From positions 608,662 through 672,661 of the forward strand of contig JAQTUX010000001.1 of the NCBI GenBank assembly GCA_028707125.1: a stretch of DNA of 64,000 bases, in the 5' to 3' direction. Shown piece after piece: positions 16,535-25,012 of the stretch (the stretch's first letter is position 1; the number at the start of each line of letters is the position of its first letter). The position numbers and the translations under genes are program-made. Below the pieces are notes generated by a model that was not told the origin of the DNA, did no database searches, and saw only the letters and a program-made list of their open reading frames with translations. The stretch is from Candidatus Omnitrophota bacterium (lineage in GTDB: Bacteria > Omnitrophota > Gorgyraeia > Gygaellales > JAQTUX01).

Positions 16535-17026
16535 ATGATAATTTATGAAGAAGTACTGCGTGAATTTCAGAAGCAAAAGGTAAGGTATGTTTTAGTTGGA
16601 GGCATAGCCTTTAATTTGCTTGGAGGATACAGAAGCACCTTTGATATGGACATCATTGTTGAGATGACCGATACAAACCTGCGCGGGGTCGTCCAGATAT
16701 TAAAAAAGTCAGGTTTTCGCCTCAAACAGCCGATTGATCCGATTAGCATAGCTGATAAGGATATACGCGATGACTTAATCAGGCGCAAACATATAAAGGC
16801 AATCAACTTTTACAAGGACAAGAAGAGCTATGAAGAGATAGACATAATTATCAAATCACCGGTGGATTTCAAGAGAGCTATCAAGAACGCGAAGAGAATT
16901 AAAGTAGGGAGATTGGCGCTTCCGGTTATCGCTCCAGCAGATCTAATAAAGATGAAAAAGGCTATAGGGCGTAGCAGAGATAAAGAGGACATAAAGGAAT
17001 TAAGAACCATTCAGAGGATGAAATGA
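16535..17026 (+). CDS. nucleotidyltransferase-fold protein (minimal Pol-beta type)
   Basis: GG-x10-STFDMDIIV NTase motif. Good RBS AAGGTGGGGGA. The track ORF from 16370 probably over-extends. Confidence 0.5.
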   Translation: MIIYEEVLREFQKQKVRYVLVGGIAFNLLGGYRSTFDMDIIVEMTDTNLRGVVQILKKSGFRLKQPIDPISIADKDIRDDLIRRKHIKAINFYKDKKSYEEIDIIIKSPVDFKRAIKNAKRIKVGRLALPVIAPADLIKMKKAIGRSRDKEDIKELRTIQRMK

Positions 17027-17178
17027 TATCTAAGTGGGAAACTCAGAAGGAGAAGATATTGAGAGGCCTTGAGGTATCGCCCAAGAATAAGCTGGAGGCC
17101 TTGAGGTTAATGAACGAGTTGGCAGACAGGGTTCTCTCGTATCGCCAGAAACTCATACGCCGTAAATTAAGGGCCTGA
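17023..17178 (+). CDS. small basic protein (51 aa) overlapping the NTase stop (ATGA)
   Basis: MISKWETQKEKILRGLEVSPKNKLEALRLMNELADRVLSYRQKLIRRKLRA, helical, start overlapping the upstream stop. Confidence 0.3.
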   Translation: MISKWETQKEKILRGLEVSPKNKLEALRLMNELADRVLSYRQKLIRRKLRA

Positions 17179-17231
17179 GAAACAACCGAGCCAGCCCGCG
17201 CAGTGATATAATCGTAAAAAAGGAGGCAGAG

Positions 17232-17621
17232 ATGGAAAACTCGGTATTCATAGCGAAGATTTTTGGCCTGTGTTATCTGATCCTTGGAGTGGGCTTTATG
17301 TTCAATCGCAAGGCCTTTCAGCAGGTAATGGATGACTTCTGCAAAAATGCCGCCCTCGTATTTTACGGCGGGATGCTGGCGCTTGTTATCGGGGTCGTGA
17401 TCATACTTAACCATAACATATGGGTGGCTGACTGGACTGTGATGATCACAGTCATCGGCTGGCTGGCGCTCATCAAGGGCATATGGATAATTATCCTGCC
17501 GAATACAGTATCTAAATTCATGCAGATCTACAGGGACAACGAATGCCTGCTGGCCGCCCATTCGGCTCTTGTGCTTATATTGGGCGCTGTCTTGACTTAC
17601 TTCGGGTTCTTCGCGGCATAG
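17232..17621 (+). CDS. small integral membrane protein (4 TM)
   Basis: Strong SD AAAGGAGGCAGAGATG. Hydrophobic 129-aa protein. Preferred over the overlapping minus-strand ORF 17043-17696. Confidence 0.6.
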   Translation: MENSVFIAKIFGLCYLILGVGFMFNRKAFQQVMDDFCKNAALVFYGGMLALVIGVVIILNHNIWVADWTVMITVIGWLALIKGIWIIILPNTVSKFMQIYRDNECLLAAHSALVLILGAVLTYFGFFAA

Positions 17622-17637
17622 GTAGAGGAGGGAATAG

Positions 17638-18588
17638 ATGTATAGAGAACAGATCAAGGTGCTGGACTGCACTATCCGCGATGGCGGGCTTATCAATGAT
17701 CATAACTTTGAACGCGAATTTGTGCGCAAGGTATATAAGGCCATCTCGCTGGCGGGCGTTGACTATATGGAGATCGGCTACAAGAATTCCAAAAAACTCT
17801 TTTCCCCCAAAGAGTACGGCCTGTGGAAGTTCTGCGACGACGATGAGATAAAGCGGCTGAAAGAGGGGGTGGAGTCCCGCACAAAGATCTCTGTCATGGT
17901 GGATGTCGGGCGCGTGGACACAGAGGAGATAAATCCTTCTGCCGAGAGCCCCGTTGATATGATACGGGTGGCCTCTTATGTCAAGGAGATAGACAAGGCC
18001 ATACACCTTGTGAATAACTTTGCCGAAAAGGGCTATGAGACCACCATCAACATAATGGCGATATCCCGCGACCAGGGCGCTGAGTTGGACGAGGCGCTTC
18101 ATCAGATAGAGGAAGAGAGCAGGGTAGGCGTGGTCTATATCGTGGACAGCTTCGGCGCGCTTTATCAGGAGCCGGTTGAATGGCTGGTGAAGAGATTTAA
18201 GGGCATATTGAAGACCAGGGAGGTGGGCTTCCACGGCCATAACCATCAGCAGCTGGCCTTCGGCAATACCATTGAGGCGATCATCCACAACGCCAACTAT
18301 CTTGACGCCACGGTCTATGGCATCGGCCGCGCCGCGGGTAACTGCCCGCTGGAGTTGCTGATCGGCTTCCTGAAGAACCCGAAGTTTGACATCAGGCCCA
18401 TACTTGATCTGATATCTCAGGAGTTTGTGCCGTTAAGGGACAAGATAGAATGGGGATATATCATACCTTACGCCATATCCGGCATGATGAATGAGCATCC
18501 CCGCGCGGCGATGGCGCTGCGCAAGAGCAGTAAAAAGGAAAATTACCGCGAGTTTTACGAAGGCCTGATGAACCCGGAGTTGGATTAG
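17638..18588 (+). CDS. HMGL-like (DRE-TIM) aldolase, 4-hydroxy-2-oxovalerate aldolase-like
   Basis: N-terminal DCTIRDGGL motif of the pyruvate carboxyltransferase/HMGL family. Confidence 0.6.
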   Translation: MYREQIKVLDCTIRDGGLINDHNFEREFVRKVYKAISLAGVDYMEIGYKNSKKLFSPKEYGLWKFCDDDEIKRLKEGVESRTKISVMVDVGRVDTEEINPSAESPVDMIRVASYVKEIDKAIHLVNNFAEKGYETTINIMAISRDQGAELDEALHQIEEESRVGVVYIVDSFGALYQEPVEWLVKRFKGILKTREVGFHGHNHQQLAFGNTIEAIIHNANYLDATVYGIGRAAGNCPLELLIGFLKNPKFDIRPILDLISQEFVPLRDKIEWGYIIPYAISGMMNEHPRAAMALRKSSKKENYREFYEGLMNPELD

Positions 18589-18590
18589 GC

Positions 18591-19217
18591 ATGGATGTGG
18601 AGCAGTTCAAGCGGCAGCCGGTCTTAGGCATACTACGCGGGATAGAAGCGGATGTAGTTGAGCCGCTTGTTGAGGCGCTGGCCTCATCCGGCCTCAAGGC
18701 CGTTGAAGTGACGATGAACACATCAGGCGCGCCTGACTTGATCAGGCAGATGGTCAAGTCAGCCAACGGCCGCCTGACAATAGGGGCAGGCACTGTTTTG
18801 GATATGGATGAGCTTCGGCTGGCGCTTGATTCCGGAGCCACATTCATTGTTTCCCCCATATTAGTGCCCGCTGTAGTGAAATATTGCGCCAAAAAGAAGA
18901 TACCCGTATTTCCCGGCGCGCTGACCCCGCGGGAGATATACAATGCCTGGATGGCAGGAGCTACTATGGTGAAGGTGTTCCCTGTCAGCTTTTTCGGCCC
19001 GGAATACATTAAGGAGATAAAAGGGCCTTTTAAGGATATACCGCTGCTTGCCTGCGGCGGCGTGACCCCGGAGAATATCCGCCTGTTTTTTTCCCGCGGC
19101 GCCTCGGCGGTCGCCTTCGGCGGCAGCATATTTAAGAAAGAGTGGTTTGAGCAGAAGAAATTTTCACTTATCACCGAGCGCGTAAAGGCGCTGCTTTCCG
19201 GCATGCGGCCTGTTTAA
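18591..19217 (+). CDS. eda: KDPG / 4-hydroxy-2-oxoglutarate aldolase
   Basis: GAGTVLDMDELRLALDSGATFIVSP, KVFP. 208 aa. Confidence 0.75.
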   Translation: MDVEQFKRQPVLGILRGIEADVVEPLVEALASSGLKAVEVTMNTSGAPDLIRQMVKSANGRLTIGAGTVLDMDELRLALDSGATFIVSPILVPAVVKYCAKKKIPVFPGALTPREIYNAWMAGATMVKVFPVSFFGPEYIKEIKGPFKDIPLLACGGVTPENIRLFFSRGASAVAFGGSIFKKEWFEQKKFSLITERVKALLSGMRPV

Positions 19218-19284
19218 CGCCTCGCGCAGTTTTTTATTGTTTTAATCCCTTAAACAGGTATAATAGCGAAAAGAAGGAGGTGGT

Positions 19285-19410
19285 ATGACCAAGAGGCTTT
19301 GTTATGCCGCGGTGATCGCTATTTTCACGTTTTTTGTTTCGGGTTGCGCATTACTTAATACGGCCTTAGGCGTGGCTGCTGCTTACGCTGTTTATCAGGC
19401 AACTAAATAA
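19285..19410 (+). CDS. small lipoprotein (41 aa, entericidin-like)
   Basis: RBS GAAGGAGG. Signal peptide with lipobox VSGC. Ala/Gly-rich tail. Confidence 0.4.
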   Translation: MTKRLCYAAVIAIFTFFVSGCALLNTALGVAAAYAVYQATK

Positions 19411-19428
19411 CACTAATATCAGGAGGCA

Positions 19429-19851
19429 ATGGAAATGAACAGGATGTTTTATGGCTTGGTTCTCGTGAGTTTGTTTTTTGTTCTTGGCTGCGGGCAGCAA
19501 CCTCAGGAAGAGGCCATTAGCGAGGAAATGGAACCGGCAGACAGCCTTATCCAGGAGGGCGTTGGGGCATCCGTTACCGAGGTAAAACCGCTCGCGCAAA
19601 CGGCGCAACAGCCGGTCGCGGCAGCGGCGCAGCAGGCAACAGAGAGGCCGTCATCCATAAATGAGATACAGCAGGCATTAAAGAACGCCGGGCTTTATCA
19701 GGGCGCGATTGACGGAAAGATGGGGCCGATGACCAGGGAGGCGATAGAAACATTCCAGGCGAACAACGCGCTGGAAGTGGACGGCAAGGTAGGGCCGCGT
19801 ACCTGGGAGAAATTAAAGGCATACCTGAACGCCGCAACCCCATCTGACTAA
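19429..19851 (+). CDS. lipoprotein with C-terminal peptidoglycan-binding (PG_binding_1) domain
   Basis: Signal plus lipobox LGCG. IQQALKNAGLYQGAIDGKMGPMTREAIETFQ. Confidence 0.7.
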   Translation: MEMNRMFYGLVLVSLFFVLGCGQQPQEEAISEEMEPADSLIQEGVGASVTEVKPLAQTAQQPVAAAAQQATERPSSINEIQQALKNAGLYQGAIDGKMGPMTREAIETFQANNALEVDGKVGPRTWEKLKAYLNAATPSD

Positions 19852-19886
19852 GGCATTTTGCCGCTTAAATTTATTGAAGATTTTAG

Positions 19887-19914
19887 TTGACAAACGGCAA
19901 AAGCGGCATATAAT
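19887..19914 (+). promoter_or_regulatory. sigma70-type promoter upstream of cspA
   Basis: TTGACA-16 nt-TATAAT, followed by a 140-nt 5' UTR. Confidence 0.6.
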
Positions 19915-20052
19915 AGCTCAAGCAGTAGATGGTAGTAAATAAAGGAGTAGGAATCTTGGCCCGTAAGGATAAGAAAACACTCTCCTTACGGTTTTTTTGC
20001 AGTTCCGCCATTATTTACTACGCTAAATTAAAAGAAAGGAGGGTAGTAAGTA

Positions 20053-20253
20053 ATGGCAAAAGGTAAAGTGAAGTGGTTCAGCAACCAGAAGGGTTATGGC
20101 TTCATCACCACCGAGTCAGGCACGGATGTATTCGTACATCACAGCGCGATTCAGGGTGACGGCTATAAAACTCTGGAAGAGGGTCAGGAAGTAGAGTTTG
20201 AAGTGGAAAAGGGCCCTAAAGGCGATCAAGCCAAGAACGTAGTCAAGTTGTAA
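20053..20253 (+). CDS. cspA: cold-shock protein
   Basis: [16 protein letters not shown]...VFVHHSAI (RNP1/RNP2 motifs). Confidence 0.95.
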   Translation: MAKGKVKWFSNQKGYGFITTESGTDVFVHHSAIQGDGYKTLEEGQEVEFEVEKGPKGDQAKNVVKL

Positions 20254-20288
20254 ACTGAGAAAATACAGTTGTACAATATAGACGGAAC

Positions 20289-20321
20289 GAGGCACTGAGT
20301 AATCAGTGCCTCGTTTTTTTG
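20289..20321 (+). terminator. rho-independent terminator after cspA
   Basis: cgaggcactgagtaatcagtgcctcg plus TTTTTTT. Confidence 0.8.
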
Positions 20322-20395
20322 ATATACAAATATTTATAAATTGCTATAATATATTAATAATATTATAGATGTCAAAAAATGAAAGGGGATGAGGC

Positions 20396-20557
20396 ATGAT
20401 CGAGAAGAGCGAATTCAAGGGGAAACCGGTTATTATTCTAAAGCGGAATGAAGAAGACAAGTATCCTTTTTCCTTCGGCTTGTCCAAGGCGCGGCTGATA
20501 TTGGAGAACATGGAAGAGATAAAGCGGTTTGTGGAAGAAAACGAGACAAAACAGTAA
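20396..20557 (+). CDS. small hypothetical protein (53 aa) upstream of pilB
   Basis: RBS AAAGGGGA. Not in the provided ORF track because it is under 60 aa. Confidence 0.3.
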   Translation: MIEKSEFKGKPVIILKRNEEDKYPFSFGLSKARLILENMEEIKRFVEENETKQ

Positions 20558-20575
20558 TCTATCCGCGGGTATAAG

Positions 20576-22261
20576 ATGCAGAAGCAGAGAAAATCATTAG
20601 GCGAGAGCCTGGTAGATGAAGGCGTCATAACCGCCGAACAGCTCAATAAGGCCAAAGAGGAAGAGAAGAGGAGCGGCCAGAGGTTAAGAAAGGCCCTGGT
20701 GAAATTAGGCATCATCGCGGAAGAGGACCTGGTCGCCTTCCTGGGTACCAGGCTGGGGCTTCCCCGCGTAGAGCTGGATAACTATCTCATAGACCAGAAG
20801 GTAATTGACCTGGTGCCTGAAGAGTCAGCCAGAAAATACGAGCTCATCCCCGTGCTAAAGATAGGCAACCGCCTTACCTGCGCCATGGTCGACCCGTGGA
20901 ACGTCTTTGCACTGGATGATCTAAGGATGAAGACCGGGCTGATTATTGAGCCGGCGGTGGCGACTACGGATGAAATAAAGAAGGCGCTCAGCCGTTATTA
21001 CGGGGCAAGGGGCGGCATTGAAGAGATAATCAAGGCCATTGACGCCGAAGGCGTGGGCATAGACATAGACAAGTCCGATGACATCAAAAAGATAGAAGAG
21101 ATCGTCGCGGAGCCGGTAATAATAAAGCTGGTGAACTTGATCATTATGAAGGCCGTAAGCGCCAGGGCCAGCGATATCCATATAGAGCCGGAGAAGGAAA
21201 CACTCCGGCTGAGGTTCCGCATAGACGGGATGCTCCAGGAGGAGGCATCTCCCCCCAAACACCTGCAGTCAACCATAATTTCCAGGATCAAGATAATGGC
21301 CAGGCTGGATATCGCGGAAAGAAGGGCGGCCCAGGACGGCAGGTTCAGCGTCAAGATAGAGGGCAGGGATATAGATATCCGAGTTTCCTGCGTTCCCACC
21401 ATATACGGAGAGAATATTGTGCTGCGCATACTGGATGTGTCCAACGCGCTCTTAGGGCTGGACCAGCTGGGTTTCTCCAAAGATATTTTAGGCCGTTACC
21501 ATAAACTTATCATCCGGCCCCACGGGATAATCCTGGTGACCGGCCCCACAGGCAGCGGAAAGACCACCACGCTTTATGCCTCGCTGAATGAGATAAACAA
21601 GGTTGAGAAAAATATCATAACCATAGAGGACCCCGTGGAATACAAGCTGGAAGGCGTCCGGCAGATCCAGGTGAACCCCAATGTAGAGATGACCTTTGCC
21701 GGCGGCTTGCGTTCAATATTGAGGCAGGACCCCGACATCATTATGGTCGGCGAGATACGGGATTTTGAGACCGCGGAGATAGCTGTGCACGCGGCACTGA
21801 CCGGCCACCTTGTTTTCTCTACGCTTCATACCAATGACGCCGCGGGAGCGGTAACCAGAATGCTTGATATGCGGGTTGAGCCGTATCTGCTTTCTTCTTC
21901 TGTTATCGGCGTGCTGGCGCAGCGGCTGGTAAGGACCATATGTAAGGATTGCAAGGAAGAGTATGCGCCCACAGAAGCGGAACTGAAGGGCATCGGTATT
22001 CTTAAAGAGGTAAAATTATATAGAGGAAAGGGCTGCGACAGATGCAGGAACAGCGGATATAAAGGCAGGATAGGCATCTTTGAGCTGATGCCTTTTGACG
22101 ACAATATACGCAACCTCGTTACTGCCAAGGCGGCGCTGGAGGAGATACGCAAACAGGCAGTCGCCTCCGGCATGGTCACTCTGACGCAGGACGGCATTGA
22201 TAAGGTAAAGCAGGGGCTTACCACTACGGAGGAAGTCCTTCGCGTGACGCGGGAGGAATAA
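20576..22261 (+). CDS. pilB: type IV pilus assembly ATPase (GspE/PilB family, N-terminal T2SSE_N domain)
   Basis: Walker A VTGPTGSGKTT. Tetracysteine CKDC...CDRC. 561 aa. Confidence 0.9.
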   Translation: MQKQRKSLGESLVDEGVITAEQLNKAKEEEKRSGQRLRKALVKLGIIAEEDLVAFLGTRLGLPRVELDNYLIDQKVIDLVPEESARKYELIPVLKIGNRLTCAMVDPWNVFALDDLRMKTGLIIEPAVATTDEIKKALSRYYGARGGIEEIIKAIDAEGVGIDIDKSDDIKKIEEIVAEPVIIKLVNLIIMKAVSARASDIHIEPEKETLRLRFRIDGMLQEEASPPKHLQSTIISRIKIMARLDIAERRAAQDGRFSVKIEGRDIDIRVSCVPTIYGENIVLRILDVSNALLGLDQLGFSKDILGRYHKLIIRPHGIILVTGPTGSGKTTTLYASLNEINKVEKNIITIEDPVEYKLEGVRQIQVNPNVEMTFAGGLRSILRQDPDIIMVGEIRDFETAEIAVHAALTGHLVFSTLHTNDAAGAVTRMLDMRVEPYLLSSSVIGVLAQRLVRTICKDCKEEYAPTEAELKGIGILKEVKLYRGKGCDRCRNSGYKGRIGIFELMPFDDNIRNLVTAKAALEEIRKQAVASGMVTLTQDGIDKVKQGLTTTEEVLRVTREE

Positions 22262-23476
22262 GTGGCCGTATATAATTACAGGGCGCGGGATAAGGCCGGC
22301 AGCGCCGTTAAGGGCGCGATGGAGGCGGCGGCAAAAGACGAGGTCGTGGAGCGGCTGCGCAAGATGGGGTATATGGCCACGCAGGTCAGGGAATCCCTGC
22401 CCGGCATTAAGATAGAGTCGTTATTTGAAGGGCTGAAAAGAGTAAGCACGGAAGATATGATCATCTTTAACGTGCAGCTTTCCAATATGATCGGCTCGGG
22501 TATAAGTATATTGACCAGTTTGGATACGATCAGCAGGCAGATCGAAAACAGAAGGTTGAGGCAGATCATAAGCGGCGTTGCCAGAGGCGTTGAGGCAGGG
22601 GAGAGTTTTTCCCAGGCATTGTCCAGGCACCCCGGTGTCTTTCGGCAGTTATTCATAAGTATGGTAAGGGCGGGTGAGTCCAGCGGCAAGCTGGACGTTA
22701 TTTTAGCCAGATATGCCGTATTTGCCGAACAGCAGGAGGATTTAAGGCAGAAAATAAAAGGCGCGCTTTTTTATCCCGCCATACTGTTGGCCGCCGGAAT
22801 AGCAGTCACACTTTTTGTGGTCACGTTTATTATTCCCCAGTTTGCCCAGATCTTCCTGAAGGCGGGCATAACGCTGCCTTTACCCACCTTGATCCTCTAC
22901 AAGATAGGCATGGGGATAAAGCATTTCTGGTATGCTATCATATTATTTATCATTGTATCCGGCCTGGCGCTCAGATACTACGCCGGGACAAAGTCAGGGC
23001 GGCTTAAATGCGACAGGTTGAAGCTGAACCTGCCTGTTTTGGGCCCCCTGCATCGTAAGGCCGCGATATCGGGATTCAGCCGGACGCTGTCCACTCTCAT
23101 AGCCAGCGGCGTTCCGATATTAGAGGCGCTGGCCACGGTCAAAGGCGTCATAGGCAATGAGGTCCTGGAGAACGTGATAGACAATGTGCGCGGCGCGGTA
23201 GAGAAAGGGGAAGGCATAGCAGCCACCTTAAAGGTGAGCAATGAGTTCCCTCCGGATACCGTGCAGATGATCTCTTCGGGCGAGGAAAGCGGCGCGCTGG
23301 ATAAGATGCTGAATAAGGTAGCCGATTTCTACGATATGTCTTTAGGCCACGCGGTCAAGAAAATGACCGCTGTGATCGAGCCTTTATTTTTAGCCGTAAT
23401 GGGCTGCATGGTGGGGTTTATTATGCTGTCAATGCTGCTGCCGATTTTTGATATGATGAAAATACTAAGGAGGTAG
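22262..23476 (+). CDS. pilC: type IV pilus inner-membrane platform protein (GspF/PilC)
   Basis: Duplicated GspF domains, 404 aa, adjacent to pilB. Confidence 0.85.
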   Translation: MAVYNYRARDKAGSAVKGAMEAAAKDEVVERLRKMGYMATQVRESLPGIKIESLFEGLKRVSTEDMIIFNVQLSNMIGSGISILTSLDTISRQIENRRLRQIISGVARGVEAGESFSQALSRHPGVFRQLFISMVRAGESSGKLDVILARYAVFAEQQEDLRQKIKGALFYPAILLAAGIAVTLFVVTFIIPQFAQIFLKAGITLPLPTLILYKIGMGIKHFWYAIILFIIVSGLALRYYAGTKSGRLKCDRLKLNLPVLGPLHRKAAISGFSRTLSTLIASGVPILEALATVKGVIGNEVLENVIDNVRGAVEKGEGIAATLKVSNEFPPDTVQMISSGEESGALDKMLNKVADFYDMSLGHAVKKMTAVIEPLFLAVMGCMVGFIMLSMLLPIFDMMKILRR

Positions 23477-23479
23477 GAG

Positions 23480-23932
23480 ATGAGAAAGGCATTTACATTG
23501 ATCGAACTGTTGATCGTCATCGCGGTGATATCCATTCTGGTAAGCATCGCGCTGCCGCGTTTTAAGGGCATGGTTGACGAGGGCAATATTGCCAAGGCGA
23601 AGGGAGAGCTGCGCACGCTTCAGACGGCGGTTGAGAGTTACTATATTCATAATAATAACGCATATCCTGCCACCGGCTCTGCCGCGCTTCAGACGGCGCT
23701 GTCCACCGCCGTGCCAAATATCATTGATTTTGTGCCCACTGATCCGTTCAGCGCCTCAAGCGCCGATTACGTGTGGGTGAACGGCGGCACAAATAATAAG
23801 TTTTATATAATTTATTCAGTCGGCCCTGCCGGCAACGGCAGCGCCGCGATATCCGGCACCGATACCGTCACGGAAACCAACGGCGCCAGCTGTATATATG
23901 TCTCCAATATCAGCCGCGATACCCAGCCGTGA
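23480..23932 (+). CDS. type IV (pseudo)pilin, probable major pilin
   Basis: Class III signal MRKAFTLIELLIVIAVISIL (Glu5 present, Ala at -1). Confidence 0.8.
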   Translation: MRKAFTLIELLIVIAVISILVSIALPRFKGMVDEGNIAKAKGELRTLQTAVESYYIHNNNAYPATGSAALQTALSTAVPNIIDFVPTDPFSASSADYVWVNGGTNNKFYIIYSVGPAGNGSAAISGTDTVTETNGASCIYVSNISRDTQP

Positions 23933-24447
23933 GAGGTTTCACGCTGCTGGAGGTCCTCATTTCAATTGTTATTATCACATCCGGGATCGTGATATTGCTG
24001 GAGATCATACCGGTGGTTATGCAGGGCTCCGCCAATATTGAAAACCTGGTTACCGCCACAACGCTGTCAAGGGACCTGATGGATGAGATCCTGAGCAAGG
24101 GCTTTGACGACCCCGACACAGGGGCTGCTTTCGGCCTTGAAGAATCAGCGCCCAGAAGCAACTTTGACGATGTTGATGATTATGACGGTTTGAGCGAGGA
24201 CCCGCCGCAGGACGTAAGCGGCGCCGACTATGACGGCACAGGCGCGATGCCGGATTACTCCCGATTTACGCGCGCGGTCACGGTGGAAAACGTCCCGGAA
24301 AATGACTTCAACGCGGCAAGTCCGTCCGCGGACGGGACTACCGATGCCAAAAGGATCATCGTGACAGTGTCCTGGCCTGATAAGGCAGGCACAGCGCAGG
24401 TAGAGTTAAGGTCTGTGGCAAGCGAATATCATCCCGACCCAAGATAA
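23929..24447 (+). CDS. minor pilin / pseudopilin
   Basis: MRGFTLLEVLISIVII prepilin motif. Confidence 0.7.
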   Translation: MRGFTLLEVLISIVIITSGIVILLEIIPVVMQGSANIENLVTATTLSRDLMDEILSKGFDDPDTGAAFGLEESAPRSNFDDVDDYDGLSEDPPQDVSGADYDGTGAMPDYSRFTRAVTVENVPENDFNAASPSADGTTDAKRIIVTVSWPDKAGTAQVELRSVASEYHPDPR

Positions 24448-24453
24448 CGCGCG

Positions 24454-25005
24454 ATGGCTGCGATAACAAGAGAAGGCGGTTTTACGCTGTTAGAGCTTAC
24501 GATAGCTGTCTTGTTGTCTGCCATGCTGTTTGGCACAATAGGGCTTTCCTTTACGGTCATTCTTAGAGAGGCATCAAGCACGTATATGCGCAGCAGTTTA
24601 AGGCAGGACGGCCTGGTCGCGATCGAGCGCCTGACGCGCGAATTAAATGAGGCGAAAGAGATCACCTCGGCAGAGGAAAATTCGCTTTCCTTTTGGTGGC
24701 AGGACACAGACAGCGACGGCCTGCGCGACGCCTCGGAGGTCGCGGCCTTTTCCTGGGACGGGGTTGCCGGTTCATCGCTTGAGCGCGACAGCGTCAGTTT
24801 AGCCTTCAACGTTGAAAGCTTCCAGATCACTTACCGCGACCTGAACAATTCATTGCTTTCGCCCTCGCCGGATCTTTCCCTGGCCGACAGGGACAGTATA
24901 CGCAGGATAGAGGTTGAATTGAACCTGGACCAGGAAGGCGAGAATATAACGCTGGTTACGGCGGTAATACCCAGAAATTTGCGCCAGGTCCGCGGGCCAT
25001 GGTGA
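24454..25005 (+). CDS. minor pilin / pseudopilin (PilW/GspJ-like)
   Basis: GGFTLLELTIAVLL prepilin motif. Confidence 0.7.
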   Translation: MAAITREGGFTLLELTIAVLLSAMLFGTIGLSFTVILREASSTYMRSSLRQDGLVAIERLTRELNEAKEITSAEENSLSFWWQDTDSDGLRDASEVAAFSWDGVAGSSLERDSVSLAFNVESFQITYRDLNNSLLSPSPDLSLADRDSIRRIEVELNLDQEGENITLVTAVIPRNLRQVRGPW

Positions 25006-25012
25006 TGAAAAA

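Noticed and set aside
17043-17696. 217-aa minus-strand ORF
   Set aside because: It overlaps a plus-strand membrane-protein gene that has a strong Shine-Dalgarno and hydropathy pattern. The window is otherwise uniformly plus-strand.
17575-19204. 237-aa and 247-aa minus-strand ORFs
   Set aside because: Antisense to the HMGL-like aldolase and eda genes, which carry clear catalytic motifs.
20998-22224. Minus-strand ORFs (160, 113 and 132 aa) within pilB
   Set aside because: Antisense to the conserved secretion ATPase and without start context.
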